Assembly: GCA_035408225.1 (NCBI GenBank)
Contig: DAOOCD010000001.1
Location: forward strand, 3,384-67,383
Reading direction: 5' to 3'
Length of the DNA: 64,000 bases
Source: Cyclobacteriaceae bacterium
GTDB taxonomy: Bacteria; Bacteroidota; Bacteroidia; Cytophagales; Cyclobacteriaceae
The notes below the pieces were generated by a model, which made no database searches, was not told the origin of the DNA, and worked only from the letters and a program-made list of their open reading frames with translations. A program made the position numbers and the translations under genes. Shown here in pieces: positions 18,692 through 28,854 of this stretch (positions within the stretch are counted from its first letter, which is position 1; each line of letters opens with the position of its first letter).

Positions 18692-19262
18692 ACTCTGTTA
18701 TTTTTTGAATCAATTTCTGTTCTGCTTCCACTAAACTTTTTTGCAAGACTGCCCGTGCGCGACTCAGCTGTGACTTGGAGGTATTTTCACTGATCCCTAA
18801 CTGTTCACCAATTTCCTTGTGCGAATAGCCTTCAATCGCATAGAGATTAAAAACAATCCTGTACCCACTAGGGAGCGAATCAATCATTTTCAGCAAGTCT
18901 TCGGCTTCAAGATGATCTTCCAGCTTCTCATAGTCAGGTTCATAGTCAGCTGCGGCAATGTCTGTTTCCAGATACATGTTTTTATTTTTCCTCAGGTAGC
19001 TTAACGCATCATTGACAACTACTTTGCGCATCCAACCTTCAAAGTTTCCTTCTCCGGTGTACTGATCTATCCGATTCAGAATTTTGGTGAATGCTGCTAT
19101 CAACACATCTTCAGCTTCCATCTTATTTTTTATATACCGGCAGCACAATACATAGAACTTTGAAGCATACTGGTCATACAGGCGCTTTTGTGCCTGGCGA
19201 TCCTGTCGCCTGCAGCCCTCAATCAATTCAACGTCTTTAGCGCGGTAAATCTGAAATTCCAT
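18663..19262 (-). CDS. ECF RNA polymerase sigma factor
   Basis: AQKRLYDQY, EAEDVL, FEGWMRK, LPSGYRIVFNLYAIEGYSHKEI, TSKSQLSRAR. Confidence 0.95.
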   Translation of the reverse strand: MEFQIYRAKDVELIEGCRRQDRQAQKRLYDQYASKFYVLCCRYIKNKMEAEDVLIAAFTKILNRIDQYTGEGNFEGWMRKVVVNDALSYLRKNKNMYLETDIAAADYEPDYEKLEDHLEAEDLLKMIDSLPSGYRIVFNLYAIEGYSHKEIGEQLGISENTSKSQLSRARAVLQKSLVEAEQKLIQKITEYEQPNGSTI

Positions 19263-19283
19263 TTAAGTACTGAATCATAACCA

Positions 19284-19310
19284 AGATGCACATAGGGTCT
19301 GGGAGGTTGC
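19284..19310 (-). promoter_or_regulatory. Candidate autoregulatory ECF promoter
   Basis: GCAACC-N15-GCATCT (AAC-type -35, CATC -10), 22 bp upstream of the sigma ATG. Confidence 0.55.
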
Positions 19311-19467
19311 ACCGGGTTGTAAATATTTGTCGAAGTATAAGGCATCCACAGTAGTCTACGCCAAGAATCTTATCCAAAAAGTTGTTTTGCGGTTGATTCT
19401 GACCGTAACCCGGGAAAATCCCTTTCTTTTACGATTATAGGCTGAATATTGTTCTGATCAGAATTCG

Positions 19468-20868
19468 TCAGATGCCATTAAATAAATCAAACGACTCCAG
19501 ATATTCAGGAATAATCGTTTCCCAGCCCATGGCTTCAATTTTTCCAGCGAGCGTTGTGGCACTTTCAATTTCACCGTGGGTAATAAATACCCGCTTTGGG
19601 CTTTGTTTGAAATTACTGAGCCATTGAAGTAGTTCGTTCTGATCGGCATGGGCCGATAACCCATGGATGGTTTTTACATGACAACGAACTGGAACTTCCT
19701 CTCCAAATATTTTAACGATCGGTTCTCCATCCTGTATTCGCCTGCCACGCGATCCTTCTGCCTGATAACCCGCTAAGAGTACGGTGTCATTTTCTCTTCT
19801 CAATCGGTGAAATAAATGATGCAGTACGCGACCTCCTGTGGCCATTCCGCTCGCAGAGATAATAATAGCCGGTGTTTTGATCTCATTCAATGCCTTCGAA
19901 CTTTCGCGAGTATTGCAGAAGTGAATATTAGGGGTGTCGAAAATGCTTACAAGCCTGCCCTCTATATGCTCAACTTTTATTTTGTGATTGTTACTGTGCT
20001 TCTCATACAGATCCGTAACATCAATTGCCATGGGGCTATCAATATAAATGGGAAGCATTGGGATAACCTTTTGTTCCATCAGTAGATGGAAATAATAAAT
20101 AAGTATCTGCGTGCGACCAACCGCAAATGCAGGCACGAGGATAGTTCCTTCATGGGCAACTGCTTCGTTCACTATTTGGGTGAGGTCAGCCTCTACTTGT
20201 TCCATGGGATTGAGCCGATCGCCATAGGTAGATTCCACTATTAATATATCAGCTTCCGTAATGGCCTTTGGCGGATACATGATTGGATCATCATAGCGGC
20301 CCAGATCACCAGAAAATATAATTTTTTTTGTATGATCGCTGGTTGCAAGTTTTAATTCGGCAATAGCCGAACCCAGAATATGGCCAGCATTATAATAAGT
20401 TACAAATACATTTTGCAGCACCTTAGTTTCCTTTTCAAAACGTATACTGTCAACCAACGTAAGTACACGCTCTGCATCTTCAATCGTAAATAAGGGTTGG
20501 GGTTTAGCATGTTTCGAATACCCTTTTTTGAATGCAAACTGAGCTTCTTCCTCCTGCAGTTTAGCGGCATCTCTCAGCATGATCTTCATCAGATCTTCTG
20601 TGGCATGTGTACATAAAATGCGACCATGAAATCCATCCTTCACTAAGCGGGGAAGATAGCCAATATGGTCTATGTGGGCATGTGTAATGATCACGGTTTG
20701 AATAGTGGCCGGGTCTACAGGCAAGCTTTCCCAGTTACGAAGTCGCAATTCCTTTTGTCCCTGGAACAAACCACAGTCTATCAGAATTTTCTTGTTATCT
20801 ATTTCGAGTAAATATTTTGAACCCGTTACACTACGGGCAGCACCTAAAAATTTTAAACGAACTTTCAT
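19468..20868 (-). CDS. MBL-fold beta-CASP ribonuclease (YSH1-like)
   Basis: GAARSVTGS, THAHIDHIG, AGHILGS, FSGDLG, ESTYG, LSAHADQ. Confidence 0.93.
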   Translation of the reverse strand: MKVRLKFLGAARSVTGSKYLLEIDNKKILIDCGLFQGQKELRLRNWESLPVDPATIQTVIITHAHIDHIGYLPRLVKDGFHGRILCTHATEDLMKIMLRDAAKLQEEEAQFAFKKGYSKHAKPQPLFTIEDAERVLTLVDSIRFEKETKVLQNVFVTYYNAGHILGSAIAELKLATSDHTKKIIFSGDLGRYDDPIMYPPKAITEADILIVESTYGDRLNPMEQVEADLTQIVNEAVAHEGTILVPAFAVGRTQILIYYFHLLMEQKVIPMLPIYIDSPMAIDVTDLYEKHSNNHKIKVEHIEGRLVSIFDTPNIHFCNTRESSKALNEIKTPAIIISASGMATGGRVLHHLFHRLRRENDTVLLAGYQAEGSRGRRIQDGEPIVKIFGEEVPVRCHVKTIHGLSAHADQNELLQWLSNFKQSPKRVFITHGEIESATTLAGKIEAMGWETIIPEYLESFDLFNGI

Positions 20869-20897
20869 ATTTCATACTATCAATATTGAAATGTACT

Positions 20898-20935
20898 AAA
20901 AAGAAAGGCAAGGCTACATTGCGCCTTGCCTTTCT
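20898..20935 (-). terminator. Intrinsic terminator after the padR-pspC operon
   Basis: 13-bp stem AGAAAGGCAAGGC / GCCTTGCCTTTCT with a T-run on the minus strand. Confidence 0.85.
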
Positions 20936-20952
20936 GGTTAATTATGAAGTCT

Positions 20953-23343
20953 TTAGTTTCGCTCAATTACTTGTGGATCACCACGGTGCGAAACGGAACT
21001 CGCAATGCCTTTTGTAACTTCTAGTTTATCGGTTACAAATACCCGGGCCGAAGAAGCACCACGGGCTTCAACGATGGCCTCGTTAACTTCATAGTTATAG
21101 GCTTTGATAGATGAGGCTCCCGTTGCAGTTGCTTCCATAAACCGACCGCGGCCTTTTAGTTCAAGCGTAGAAGCTCCTGTTAAGTCAAGAGTGAGATTTT
21201 GAACTGATATTTCTCCTTCAGCTTCTACAGCGCCCAGAATATCTATTTCCATTTCATCTCCTTCAAAACCTTGAAAGGAGAGCTTACCAGCACCTTTTAT
21301 TTTTAAGTCCTCTAAATCTGGCATTGTAATTTTGATTTTTACTTTATCGTCTTTGAAGAGATCTTTTTTCCAGAATACGTTATTATCATCATCGAAATCA
21401 ATAACGAGGGTTTCACCGCTGAGGTAAACATCATACCGGTCTTTCTCTTTTTGAGTGCCATCTAATTCAACAGCATAGTCATCTCCTTTTTCTATTTGTA
21501 CATCAAACAATCCGGAGAGATCAACCCGCTTAAAATCCCGAAGTCCATATTGATCGCGTAAGCTTATGGATTTCGTCTCAGTAGGTTTCTCACAGTTTAG
21601 GCATTCAAATCCACCCTCAGTCATTTTCCAGGTACGGTTGAAATTCGAGTCGATATAACCATCATAGTCCATGTAATTGTTATCAATCAATCGCCACATG
21701 GGTTCTTCAACAACAAAGAGTGTGTTGTAGGGAATAAAGAGTTCCATGTCGAGCCGCTGGGCGCGAAATTTGGCATCTTTCTTAAACAAGATATTGGAAT
21801 CAAATAACAGGATGCTGTCATTTTGCTCAACCTTGTAGTCTATCATTTGAGCATTTTCAACGGCTGCTTTTCGCGTGTTCCCCTGGGCTTCAAAGCGTTC
21901 AACCAATTTCAGTTCGGTACCTTCATACCCCTTAATAGTTAACGAAGTTACATCATAGTCATCCAGCCCGATTTCGTTTACGCGCAACACAGCGGTTTTT
22001 CCATTTAGAGAAAATGTTTTTTCTACCTTATATTCCCCTTCTTCCTTGAAGGCATAAATCATTTGAGGAACGCTGATGCTAAGTACAATAACACTGACAA
22101 AGAAAAGTACAAACAACGACCAGCCTACGAGCGGATTGAAAACTACCCGTTTGGCGATAATTGAGTTACCAATCAGATTGATGAATAAGGCGGGTACAAG
22201 TACTGCGGTAAAGGCGAAAAAGATAGTCCAGGTAGGGAAGCTGTTGCGGAATGCTTCCAGGGGAATACCCGTTTCACCAATGGGAAATTGAAACCAGGGC
22301 AATTCTGAGAAGTGAAAGAATCCGAAGATTACACCAGCAGCCATGACCAACGCAATAATCGTTAATAATCCAGTAAGACTGATTACTATGCCAATCGCAA
22401 CCCGAAGCACATCAATCAGAACCTTAAATAGTGGGCCTAGTACTTTGGTAATTCCTTCAATCACCATGGCAATCAGGCGAAATGGAAACAAGACTATTTT
22501 AGTAAGTACACTTTCTTCGTCCTGTTCTTTATCGTTAAGACTTTTCTTAACAGTTGTTTCAATATTAGAAAGTGTAACGGGCTCCCCCTGCATTTGCATT
22601 CTTTCAGTAATGGTTTTCGCCTGCGGCAATGCAATCCACAAGATGATGTAGACTATTAGTCCCAATCCACCAAAAATGGCGGCTATCACAAACAAAACGC
22701 GAATCAAAGCGATATCGGCACCAAAGAATGCAGCCACACCACTAGCCACACCTCCAATTACTTTTTTCTCTGTGTCGCGAAACATCTTTTTTACAGAGGG
22801 CTCTTCTTCCAGATCTTCTGAAGCGGGTAATACAATCCACAAAATGATGTAGCCGATTATTAAACTGCCATAGCTACCTAAAACGAGCAGGGCAAAGAGT
22901 AGCCTTGGCCATACTGGATCAATATTGAAGTAGTGACCTAATCCGGCACAAACTCCACCTAATATTTTTCTCTTCTGGTCGCGTTGTAATTTTTTAGCAG
23001 CAGCGCTGGTGCCAGATTGACTTTGTTTGTGGGATTCTTGTTGGGGTTGACCAAATTCTCCGGCAAACTCCTGTTCTTCGGCAGCCTTAAAGTCACTCAC
23101 ACTACCCATGGTAGCAATCAGGCTGCTCACATCTTCAGCGGTAATAACCTGCTTGCCTTCGTTGAGCTTGGCTAAAAATATTTCGGCAATACGGCTTTCA
23201 ATGTCAGAAAGAATTTCACTGCTGTCTTCAAACGAAGCGAAATAGCGCTTGATCGAGTCCAGGTATTTGCGCAGGGTTTCGTACCCGTCTTCTTCAATGT
23301 GGAAAATTATGCCGCTGATGTTTATGCTAATGTTCTTTTTCAT
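20953..23343 (-). CDS. pspC: PspC domain-containing envelope-stress protein (N-terminal helical domain, 2x PspC, TM region, DUF2807-like C-terminus)
   Basis: Two PspC repeats (RD...ILGGVCAGLGHYF; RD...VIGGVASGVAAFF) and C-terminal GAS-type beta repeats. Confidence 0.88.
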   Translation of the reverse strand: MKKNISINISGIIFHIEEDGYETLRKYLDSIKRYFASFEDSSEILSDIESRIAEIFLAKLNEGKQVITAEDVSSLIATMGSVSDFKAAEEQEFAGEFGQPQQESHKQSQSGTSAAAKKLQRDQKRKILGGVCAGLGHYFNIDPVWPRLLFALLVLGSYGSLIIGYIILWIVLPASEDLEEEPSVKKMFRDTEKKVIGGVASGVAAFFGADIALIRVLFVIAAIFGGLGLIVYIILWIALPQAKTITERMQMQGEPVTLSNIETTVKKSLNDKEQDEESVLTKIVLFPFRLIAMVIEGITKVLGPLFKVLIDVLRVAIGIVISLTGLLTIIALVMAAGVIFGFFHFSELPWFQFPIGETGIPLEAFRNSFPTWTIFFAFTAVLVPALFINLIGNSIIAKRVVFNPLVGWSLFVLFFVSVIVLSISVPQMIYAFKEEGEYKVEKTFSLNGKTAVLRVNEIGLDDYDVTSLTIKGYEGTELKLVERFEAQGNTRKAAVENAQMIDYKVEQNDSILLFDSNILFKKDAKFRAQRLDMELFIPYNTLFVVEEPMWRLIDNNYMDYDGYIDSNFNRTWKMTEGGFECLNCEKPTETKSISLRDQYGLRDFKRVDLSGLFDVQIEKGDDYAVELDGTQKEKDRYDVYLSGETLVIDFDDDNNVFWKKDLFKDDKVKIKITMPDLEDLKIKGAGKLSFQGFEGDEMEIDILGAVEAEGEISVQNLTLDLTGASTLELKGRGRFMEATATGASSIKAYNYEVNEAIVEARGASSARVFVTDKLEVTKGIASSVSHRGDPQVIERN

Positions 23344-23376
23344 AGCTGAAAGATCGTTATGAACTGGGTTTTGGAG

Positions 23377-23712
23377 TTAGCTAGTTGATTTTGTTTTGAT
23401 CATTTGAGTTGAGTGAACGAGGTCTTCCCAGGTTTCTGTTAAACCGTTGAGAAATTTAGTTCCTTCCTCGGTCAATTTATAATACTTACGCGGTGGCCCA
23501 GATTTGGATTCCACCCATTTGTATTCCAGCAGCCCGGCATTCTTCAGGCGTGTGAGGAGCGGGTAGAGGGTTCCTTCTACCACGATCATTTTAGCGGCAG
23601 TCAATTCATCCAGCATATCTGAGGCATAAACCTCACCGCGCGATATGATGTGCAGGATGCAGTACTCCAATATGCCTTTTCTCATCTGTACTTGTGTGTT
23701 TTCAAGGTTCAT
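23377..23712 (-). CDS. padR: PadR family transcriptional regulator
   Basis: QMRKGILEYCIL, EGTLYPLLTRL, GPPRKYYKLT. Confidence 0.95.
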   Translation of the reverse strand: MNLENTQVQMRKGILEYCILHIISRGEVYASDMLDELTAAKMIVVEGTLYPLLTRLKNAGLLEYKWVESKSGPPRKYYKLTEEGTKFLNGLTETWEDLVHSTQMIKTKSTS

Positions 23713-23758
23713 ACATCCATATTAGTTAAGATCAGATCTCAAAGGCTTATACGGTGAA

Positions 23759-23781
23759 AGTACTATGTATGGCCAAGTACT
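23759..23781. promoter_or_regulatory. Candidate PadR operator
   Basis: AGTACT-N11-AGTACT dyad, 47-69 bp upstream of padR in the divergent intergenic region. Confidence 0.55.
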
Positions 23782-23856
23782 GGATAAAAAAAGTTACATT
23801 TTTTTTAAAATCCCATAATTTCGCTGAATTCGAAGGGTTAATGCCGGAGTTACCAG

Positions 23857-23864
23857 TAATTTTG
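23857..23864 (+). promoter_or_regulatory. -7 promoter box for the C25 peptidase gene
   Basis: TAATTTTG matches TAnnTTTG. Confidence 0.5.
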
Positions 23865-23905
23865 CAGGCGTATTCACCTTCTATATATCTTATCTTAGAA
23901 AAACT

Positions 23906-26900
23906 GTGGGGTTTGGTTTCAGGCTTTTAATCTTACTTTTTACCCCTCTTTTGGGTTTTTCTCAATATTCCAACGATTGGATAAAACAGGGGCAAAGCTA
24001 TTATCGGATACCTGTTGCAAAAACGGGCGTATATAAACTATCCTATTTCGATTTGCAAACGGCAGGGGTTCCTCTGGCCGCTGTTGATCCAAGACGGGTT
24101 CAGATTTTTCATCGCGGACAGGAACAAGCTATTTTAGTTCAGGGGCAGTCAGACGCATCATTTGATTCTGGAGACTTCATTGAGTTTTATGGCGTTGGTA
24201 ATGACGGCACGCTCGATAAAGATCTTTATAAACCCGCATCAGCACAGCCTCATAATTATTATAACCTGTATAGCGACACTACTTCCTATTTTCTTACCTG
24301 GCAGCTATCAGCCATACAGGGAAAACGAATCTCAAACTTCTCTGAAATTAATGTAACCAGTATTCCAAAAGAGGAATACCACCAGCAGGAAAGATTACTG
24401 ATCAATAAAAATGAATACTCAGGTGGAAATAAGCTCAGCGATGTGATTCAGTTCACGCACTTTGACGAGGGCGAGGGTTGGACGGGCACTGCGATTCGTC
24501 AAAACCAAAGTATAGAATATAATCTTGATTTGATTACGCAAACCGTACCGGCTATGGGTGATCCGCAATTGGAAATTTTATTAGTTGGTCGCGATCAGAT
24601 TCCGCATACGGCAGAAATTTATGTGGGCCCCAACTCCGGCTCGCTGCGATTGTTGGATTCACACAGCTTCAATGGGTTCGCTGCCGAGAAACTTTCTTAC
24701 TCTCTTAATTGGAGTGATATCGGTGCAGACGGTCGAATCACAATTCGTTTTGCAGCTCCTGCTGCAGCGAATAACCGGTTTCAGTTTAGTACATCTTATT
24801 TACGAATTTTCTTTCCACAGAGCTTTGACGCGACAGGCGTTATTGAAAAGACTTTTACTCTGGCACCCAATCCTTCGGGCAAGTCATATCTAGAATTTGA
24901 TAATGCTGCATCCGATCTTCGCCTTTGGGATGTTACCGATCCGACATCGATTGTTTCGATTGGCACAACGAGTGCCGGGGCAACATTGAAAGCTATAATA
25001 CCCGATACACAAGTTTCAAGATCACTTTATGTATTTAATACACCCCTTACCCCAACAATCAAACCTGTTTCATTTCGCCTCATCAACGCTGCGCAAGCCG
25101 GCTTTGTAATTATTTCGAATAGGGAATTGATGCAACCCGCGCTGGGTTATACCGATCCGGTTAGAGCCTATGCAGGTTACCGCGCTTCCGAGGCAGGTGG
25201 TTCTTATGACACATTGGTTGTAAGTATCGATCAGCTCTATAATCAATTTAACTATGGCGAAACTTCACCCCGTGCGGTTTACGAATTTATGCGCTACCTG
25301 GTGGCAGAAGGATCGCCTCGCTATCTTTTTTTAATTGGAAAGGGCAGAGATGTGAGTTTTGGTTTTCATCGGTTGATAAATCCGGCATCAACCGTGTTGA
25401 AAGATCTTGTACCTACTGCAGGTTCGCCAGCTGCTGATATGACATTTACTGCTGGCCTTGATGGAACCACGTATGAGCCTGCCGTGCCCACGGGTCGTTT
25501 ATCAGCCAGCACTTCGTTGCAGGTAGCTGCTTACCTCGATAAGATTAAAGAAGTTGAATCAGGACTCTCATCATGGCAAAAGGAAGGATTGCATTTGAGT
25601 GGAGGCATTAAACCTGAAGAGCTGGTTACATTTCGCTCTTATGTAGATGAATTTAAAACTACTGCTGAGAGTCCTTACTGGGGTGGTAATATCAGTACGA
25701 TTGCCAAACGTGATCCAAATCCAGTTGAGCTGATTAATATTTCAGATAAAGTAAATGAAGGTGTAAACCTGATTACATTTTTTGGTCACTCTTCACCCAG
25801 TACAATCGATATTGACATTGGCTATGTATCGGACCCTACTATGGGTTATAACAATCCGGGTAAGTATCCGACCTTTCTGATCAACGGTTGTAATGCCGGT
25901 AATTTCTTTTCAGGAGGCACTTCATTTGGCGAAGACTGGATACTGACTGCCAACAAAGGAGCACGGAATTTTATCGCTCATAGTTCATTTGGATTCACTT
26001 ATTCTCTTAAATATTATTCTGATTTGTTTTATCAGGTTGGATTTGCAGATTCGGTATTTGTAAAAAAAGGTGTGGGCGATGTGCAGAAGGAAGTAGCTCG
26101 TCAATACATGCTAGCAGCCCCTGCTACTATGGCAAATATTACACAAGTACAACAAATGGTTTTGCTTGGCGACCCAGCTGTTAAGTTGTTCAATTCCGCT
26201 AAACCCGATTATGAGATTACAAACTCATCCTTATCGCTGGAATCATTTGATAACAAACCCGTAACAGCGACCAGCGATTCGTTTGCCATAAAAATAGTAG
26301 TAAACAATCTAGGCCTCGTAAATACAGATCCGGTAAAAGTTAAATTAATCCGAACGCTTAGTGATGGTTCGCAACTTACCTACGATTCTCTCTTTGCTCC
26401 AGTGCTCCATACGGATACACTTGTTTTTAAGATCTTCCGGCAAGGAAACACAGGTGGCGGAAGCAATCAGTTCACAGTTATCGTTGATCCTGAAAATAAG
26501 ATTAATGAATTGCAGGAGAATAATAATGAAGCTTCCTTAAATTCCTTCATTCCATCCAATGCCACGCTTAATCTGTTCCCGGCTAAGTATGCAATCGTTA
26601 ACCAGCAAACTGTGAAGTTGGTCTGGCAATCAACCGATCTACTTTCCGCGACCCGCGAATTTGAAGTACAGATTGATACGACAGTTTATTTCAATAGCTC
26701 CTATTTAATAAGCAAAACAGTTTCAGGAAAAGTGGTTGCGACAACAGAGATCAACCTAGTGAACGCTGACTCAGTAGTGTACTTCTGGCGCACCCGATTT
26801 AAAACTCCACAGCCGGGCGAGAGTGGCGATTGGAGTACATCATCGTTTTCTTATATCATGGGAAGTCCGGAGGGTTGGGCTCAAATCAGATCTGATCAGC

Positions 26901-28834
26901 TTAAGGAGAATTTTTTCAGTAGTTTAATTCCAGCCAGCGAAGGAACGCCATTCGCGTTTGAAGAGACGGTTACTACTGTTTCTATAAAAACATTTGGAAG
27001 TGACAATCCTTCACCGGTTACAGATGTTTCAGTTAAAATCAATAATTCAGAGTATAATCTTGCTACTCAATTCCAACCGTGCAGAAATAATACACTCAAC
27101 CTGATTGCATTTAATAAAACTACGGCAATTCCATACGCGGGTCTGCCATTCAATTTTCAGGACCCCCGGACATGTGGTCGCGAGCCACAATTGATTAATA
27201 GTTTTATTCTAACTGAGTTGGAGACTGGTCTGAATGATGATCTTGCTGCCTTTGTCGATGCAGTTGGTATTAGCGATTCTGTGGTACTCTTCTCAATCGG
27301 TAATCCAGGATATAGTTCATGGTCGACAAGTGTAAAAACCAAGCTTGGTGAACTCGGAATTGGTCTTACGGATCTGGAGGCGCTTCAAACGGGTGAACCG
27401 ATTATTATTTTTGGTAGAAAAGGTGCTTCACCGGGCTCTGCAAAAATAACCCGCTCATTGTTGGCACCAGCGAGTGAGCAAGTGATCACCGCTACCGGAA
27501 CCATTACCGGAAGAAAGACGGACGGCAGTATGAAATCGGTGGTAGTAGGTCCTGCGTCTGAATGGAAGCAATTCGTATCGAGGGCCGACCAAGTTGAACC
27601 GGAGGACGAAACCATCTTTTCTATCTATGGTGTTACGTTGGATGGAAAGGAAATATTTATCTCGGACGCGGTTGGATCAAACCACGATCTTTCTTCAATT
27701 TCTGTTCTGGATTATCCCTATTTGAAAGTTGCTTTCAATACAAAGGATAAAGTGAATCTCACGCCATCCCAATGGAAAAACTGGGCCGTACTTTATGAAC
27801 CCGTGGCTGAAGGCATTCTCGTTTTTAAAGGCCCCGAAAGTTTTCTTACTGTGGAGGAAGGTCAGGCCTGGAATTCAACTTTTGGCTTTACTAATATGAC
27901 ATCAAAAAACTTCAAGGCCTCGCTCCGCGTTGATCTTGAAATAGTTAATAAGCAAACTCAAAATCGCGAGCAGCAGAATTTTACCATTGTAGCACCGGCA
28001 CCCGGTGATACTACGTTCTTTGATATTACGTCTTCCACGTTAGGAAAGATTGGTAAGAACGATGTGAATGTCTTTGTAAACAAGAGGATACTAGCAGAAA
28101 CTTATTACGATAACAATTTTATTGCGCTGCCAGATTATCTGACCGTGCTGGCAGATAAAACACCTCCCATACTGGATGTTACCTTCGACAAGCGAACCCT
28201 GCGTAACGGAGATTATGTTTCATCAACTCCCGAAATTATAATTACTATGGTTGATGAAAACCAATTCCGATTTAAGTCAGATACGTTGGGTGTAACCTTG
28301 CTACTGAGCTATCCGTGCACAAATTCTCCGTGTCCGTTTACAAGAATCCCGCTTAGCGGGGATGATGTAAAATGGTTTGCTGGTACTGCGAGTTCAAATT
28401 TCAGAATAGAATTTACACCCCAGTTGGCTGATGGAGATTATGTACTTTCGGCTCAGGTAGCCGATGCCAGTGGCAACTTAAGTGGAGAGGTGCCTTATGA
28501 GATTTCATTCACGGTAAAATCAGAACCTTCTTTATCGTTTACCAGTGTGTTTCCCAATCCATCGGCCGGAGATTTCTTTTTTAACTTCATACTCACTGGC
28601 AATGAACTGCCAAACGAATTCTTGCTGGAGATATTCACAATGCAAGGTCAACGGGTACGCACCTTTGATGCAACCAGTATTCAACAGTTTACTATTGGGA
28701 CGAATCAATTGATGTGGGATGGACGGGAAGCCACTGGCGCATATCTTCCACGTGGAGTTTACGCGTATCGGTTGCGGGTGAAAACTCCTTCAAAAGAAAC
28801 ATCAACACAAGGAAAGCTCGTGTTGATGCGGTAA
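23906..28834 (+). CDS. C25 (gingipain-family) cysteine peptidase, PorU2-like T9SS sortase candidate with type-A CTD
   Basis: Signal peptide; YLFLIGKG, PTGRL, catalytic FFGHS and INGC, LLGDP; CARDB-like domain; CTD with VFPNP...WDG...GVYAYRL...GKLVL. Confidence 0.88.
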   Translation: MGFGFRLLILLFTPLLGFSQYSNDWIKQGQSYYRIPVAKTGVYKLSYFDLQTAGVPLAAVDPRRVQIFHRGQEQAILVQGQSDASFDSGDFIEFYGVGNDGTLDKDLYKPASAQPHNYYNLYSDTTSYFLTWQLSAIQGKRISNFSEINVTSIPKEEYHQQERLLINKNEYSGGNKLSDVIQFTHFDEGEGWTGTAIRQNQSIEYNLDLITQTVPAMGDPQLEILLVGRDQIPHTAEIYVGPNSGSLRLLDSHSFNGFAAEKLSYSLNWSDIGADGRITIRFAAPAAANNRFQFSTSYLRIFFPQSFDATGVIEKTFTLAPNPSGKSYLEFDNAASDLRLWDVTDPTSIVSIGTTSAGATLKAIIPDTQVSRSLYVFNTPLTPTIKPVSFRLINAAQAGFVIISNRELMQPALGYTDPVRAYAGYRASEAGGSYDTLVVSIDQLYNQFNYGETSPRAVYEFMRYLVAEGSPRYLFLIGKGRDVSFGFHRLINPASTVLKDLVPTAGSPAADMTFTAGLDGTTYEPAVPTGRLSASTSLQVAAYLDKIKEVESGLSSWQKEGLHLSGGIKPEELVTFRSYVDEFKTTAESPYWGGNISTIAKRDPNPVELINISDKVNEGVNLITFFGHSSPSTIDIDIGYVSDPTMGYNNPGKYPTFLINGCNAGNFFSGGTSFGEDWILTANKGARNFIAHSSFGFTYSLKYYSDLFYQVGFADSVFVKKGVGDVQKEVARQYMLAAPATMANITQVQQMVLLGDPAVKLFNSAKPDYEITNSSLSLESFDNKPVTATSDSFAIKIVVNNLGLVNTDPVKVKLIRTLSDGSQLTYDSLFAPVLHTDTLVFKIFRQGNTGGGSNQFTVIVDPENKINELQENNNEASLNSFIPSNATLNLFPAKYAIVNQQTVKLVWQSTDLLSATREFEVQIDTTVYFNSSYLISKTVSGKVVATTEINLVNADSVVYFWRTRFKTPQPGESGDWSTSSFSYIMGSPEGWAQIRSDQLKENFFSSLIPASEGTPFAFEETVTTVSIKTFGSDNPSPVTDVSVKINNSEYNLATQFQPCRNNTLNLIAFNKTTAIPYAGLPFNFQDPRTCGREPQLINSFILTELETGLNDDLAAFVDAVGISDSVVLFSIGNPGYSSWSTSVKTKLGELGIGLTDLEALQTGEPIIIFGRKGASPGSAKITRSLLAPASEQVITATGTITGRKTDGSMKSVVVGPASEWKQFVSRADQVEPEDETIFSIYGVTLDGKEIFISDAVGSNHDLSSISVLDYPYLKVAFNTKDKVNLTPSQWKNWAVLYEPVAEGILVFKGPESFLTVEEGQAWNSTFGFTNMTSKNFKASLRVDLEIVNKQTQNREQQNFTIVAPAPGDTTFFDITSSTLGKIGKNDVNVFVNKRILAETYYDNNFIALPDYLTVLADKTPPILDVTFDKRTLRNGDYVSSTPEIIITMVDENQFRFKSDTLGVTLLLSYPCTNSPCPFTRIPLSGDDVKWFAGTASSNFRIEFTPQLADGDYVLSAQVADASGNLSGEVPYEISFTVKSEPSLSFTSVFPNPSAGDFFFNFILTGNELPNEFLLEIFTMQGQRVRTFDATSIQQFTIGTNQLMWDGREATGAYLPRGVYAYRLRVKTPSKETSTQGKLVLMR

Positions 28835-28854
28835 TTATAAATGAAGTAATTGAA

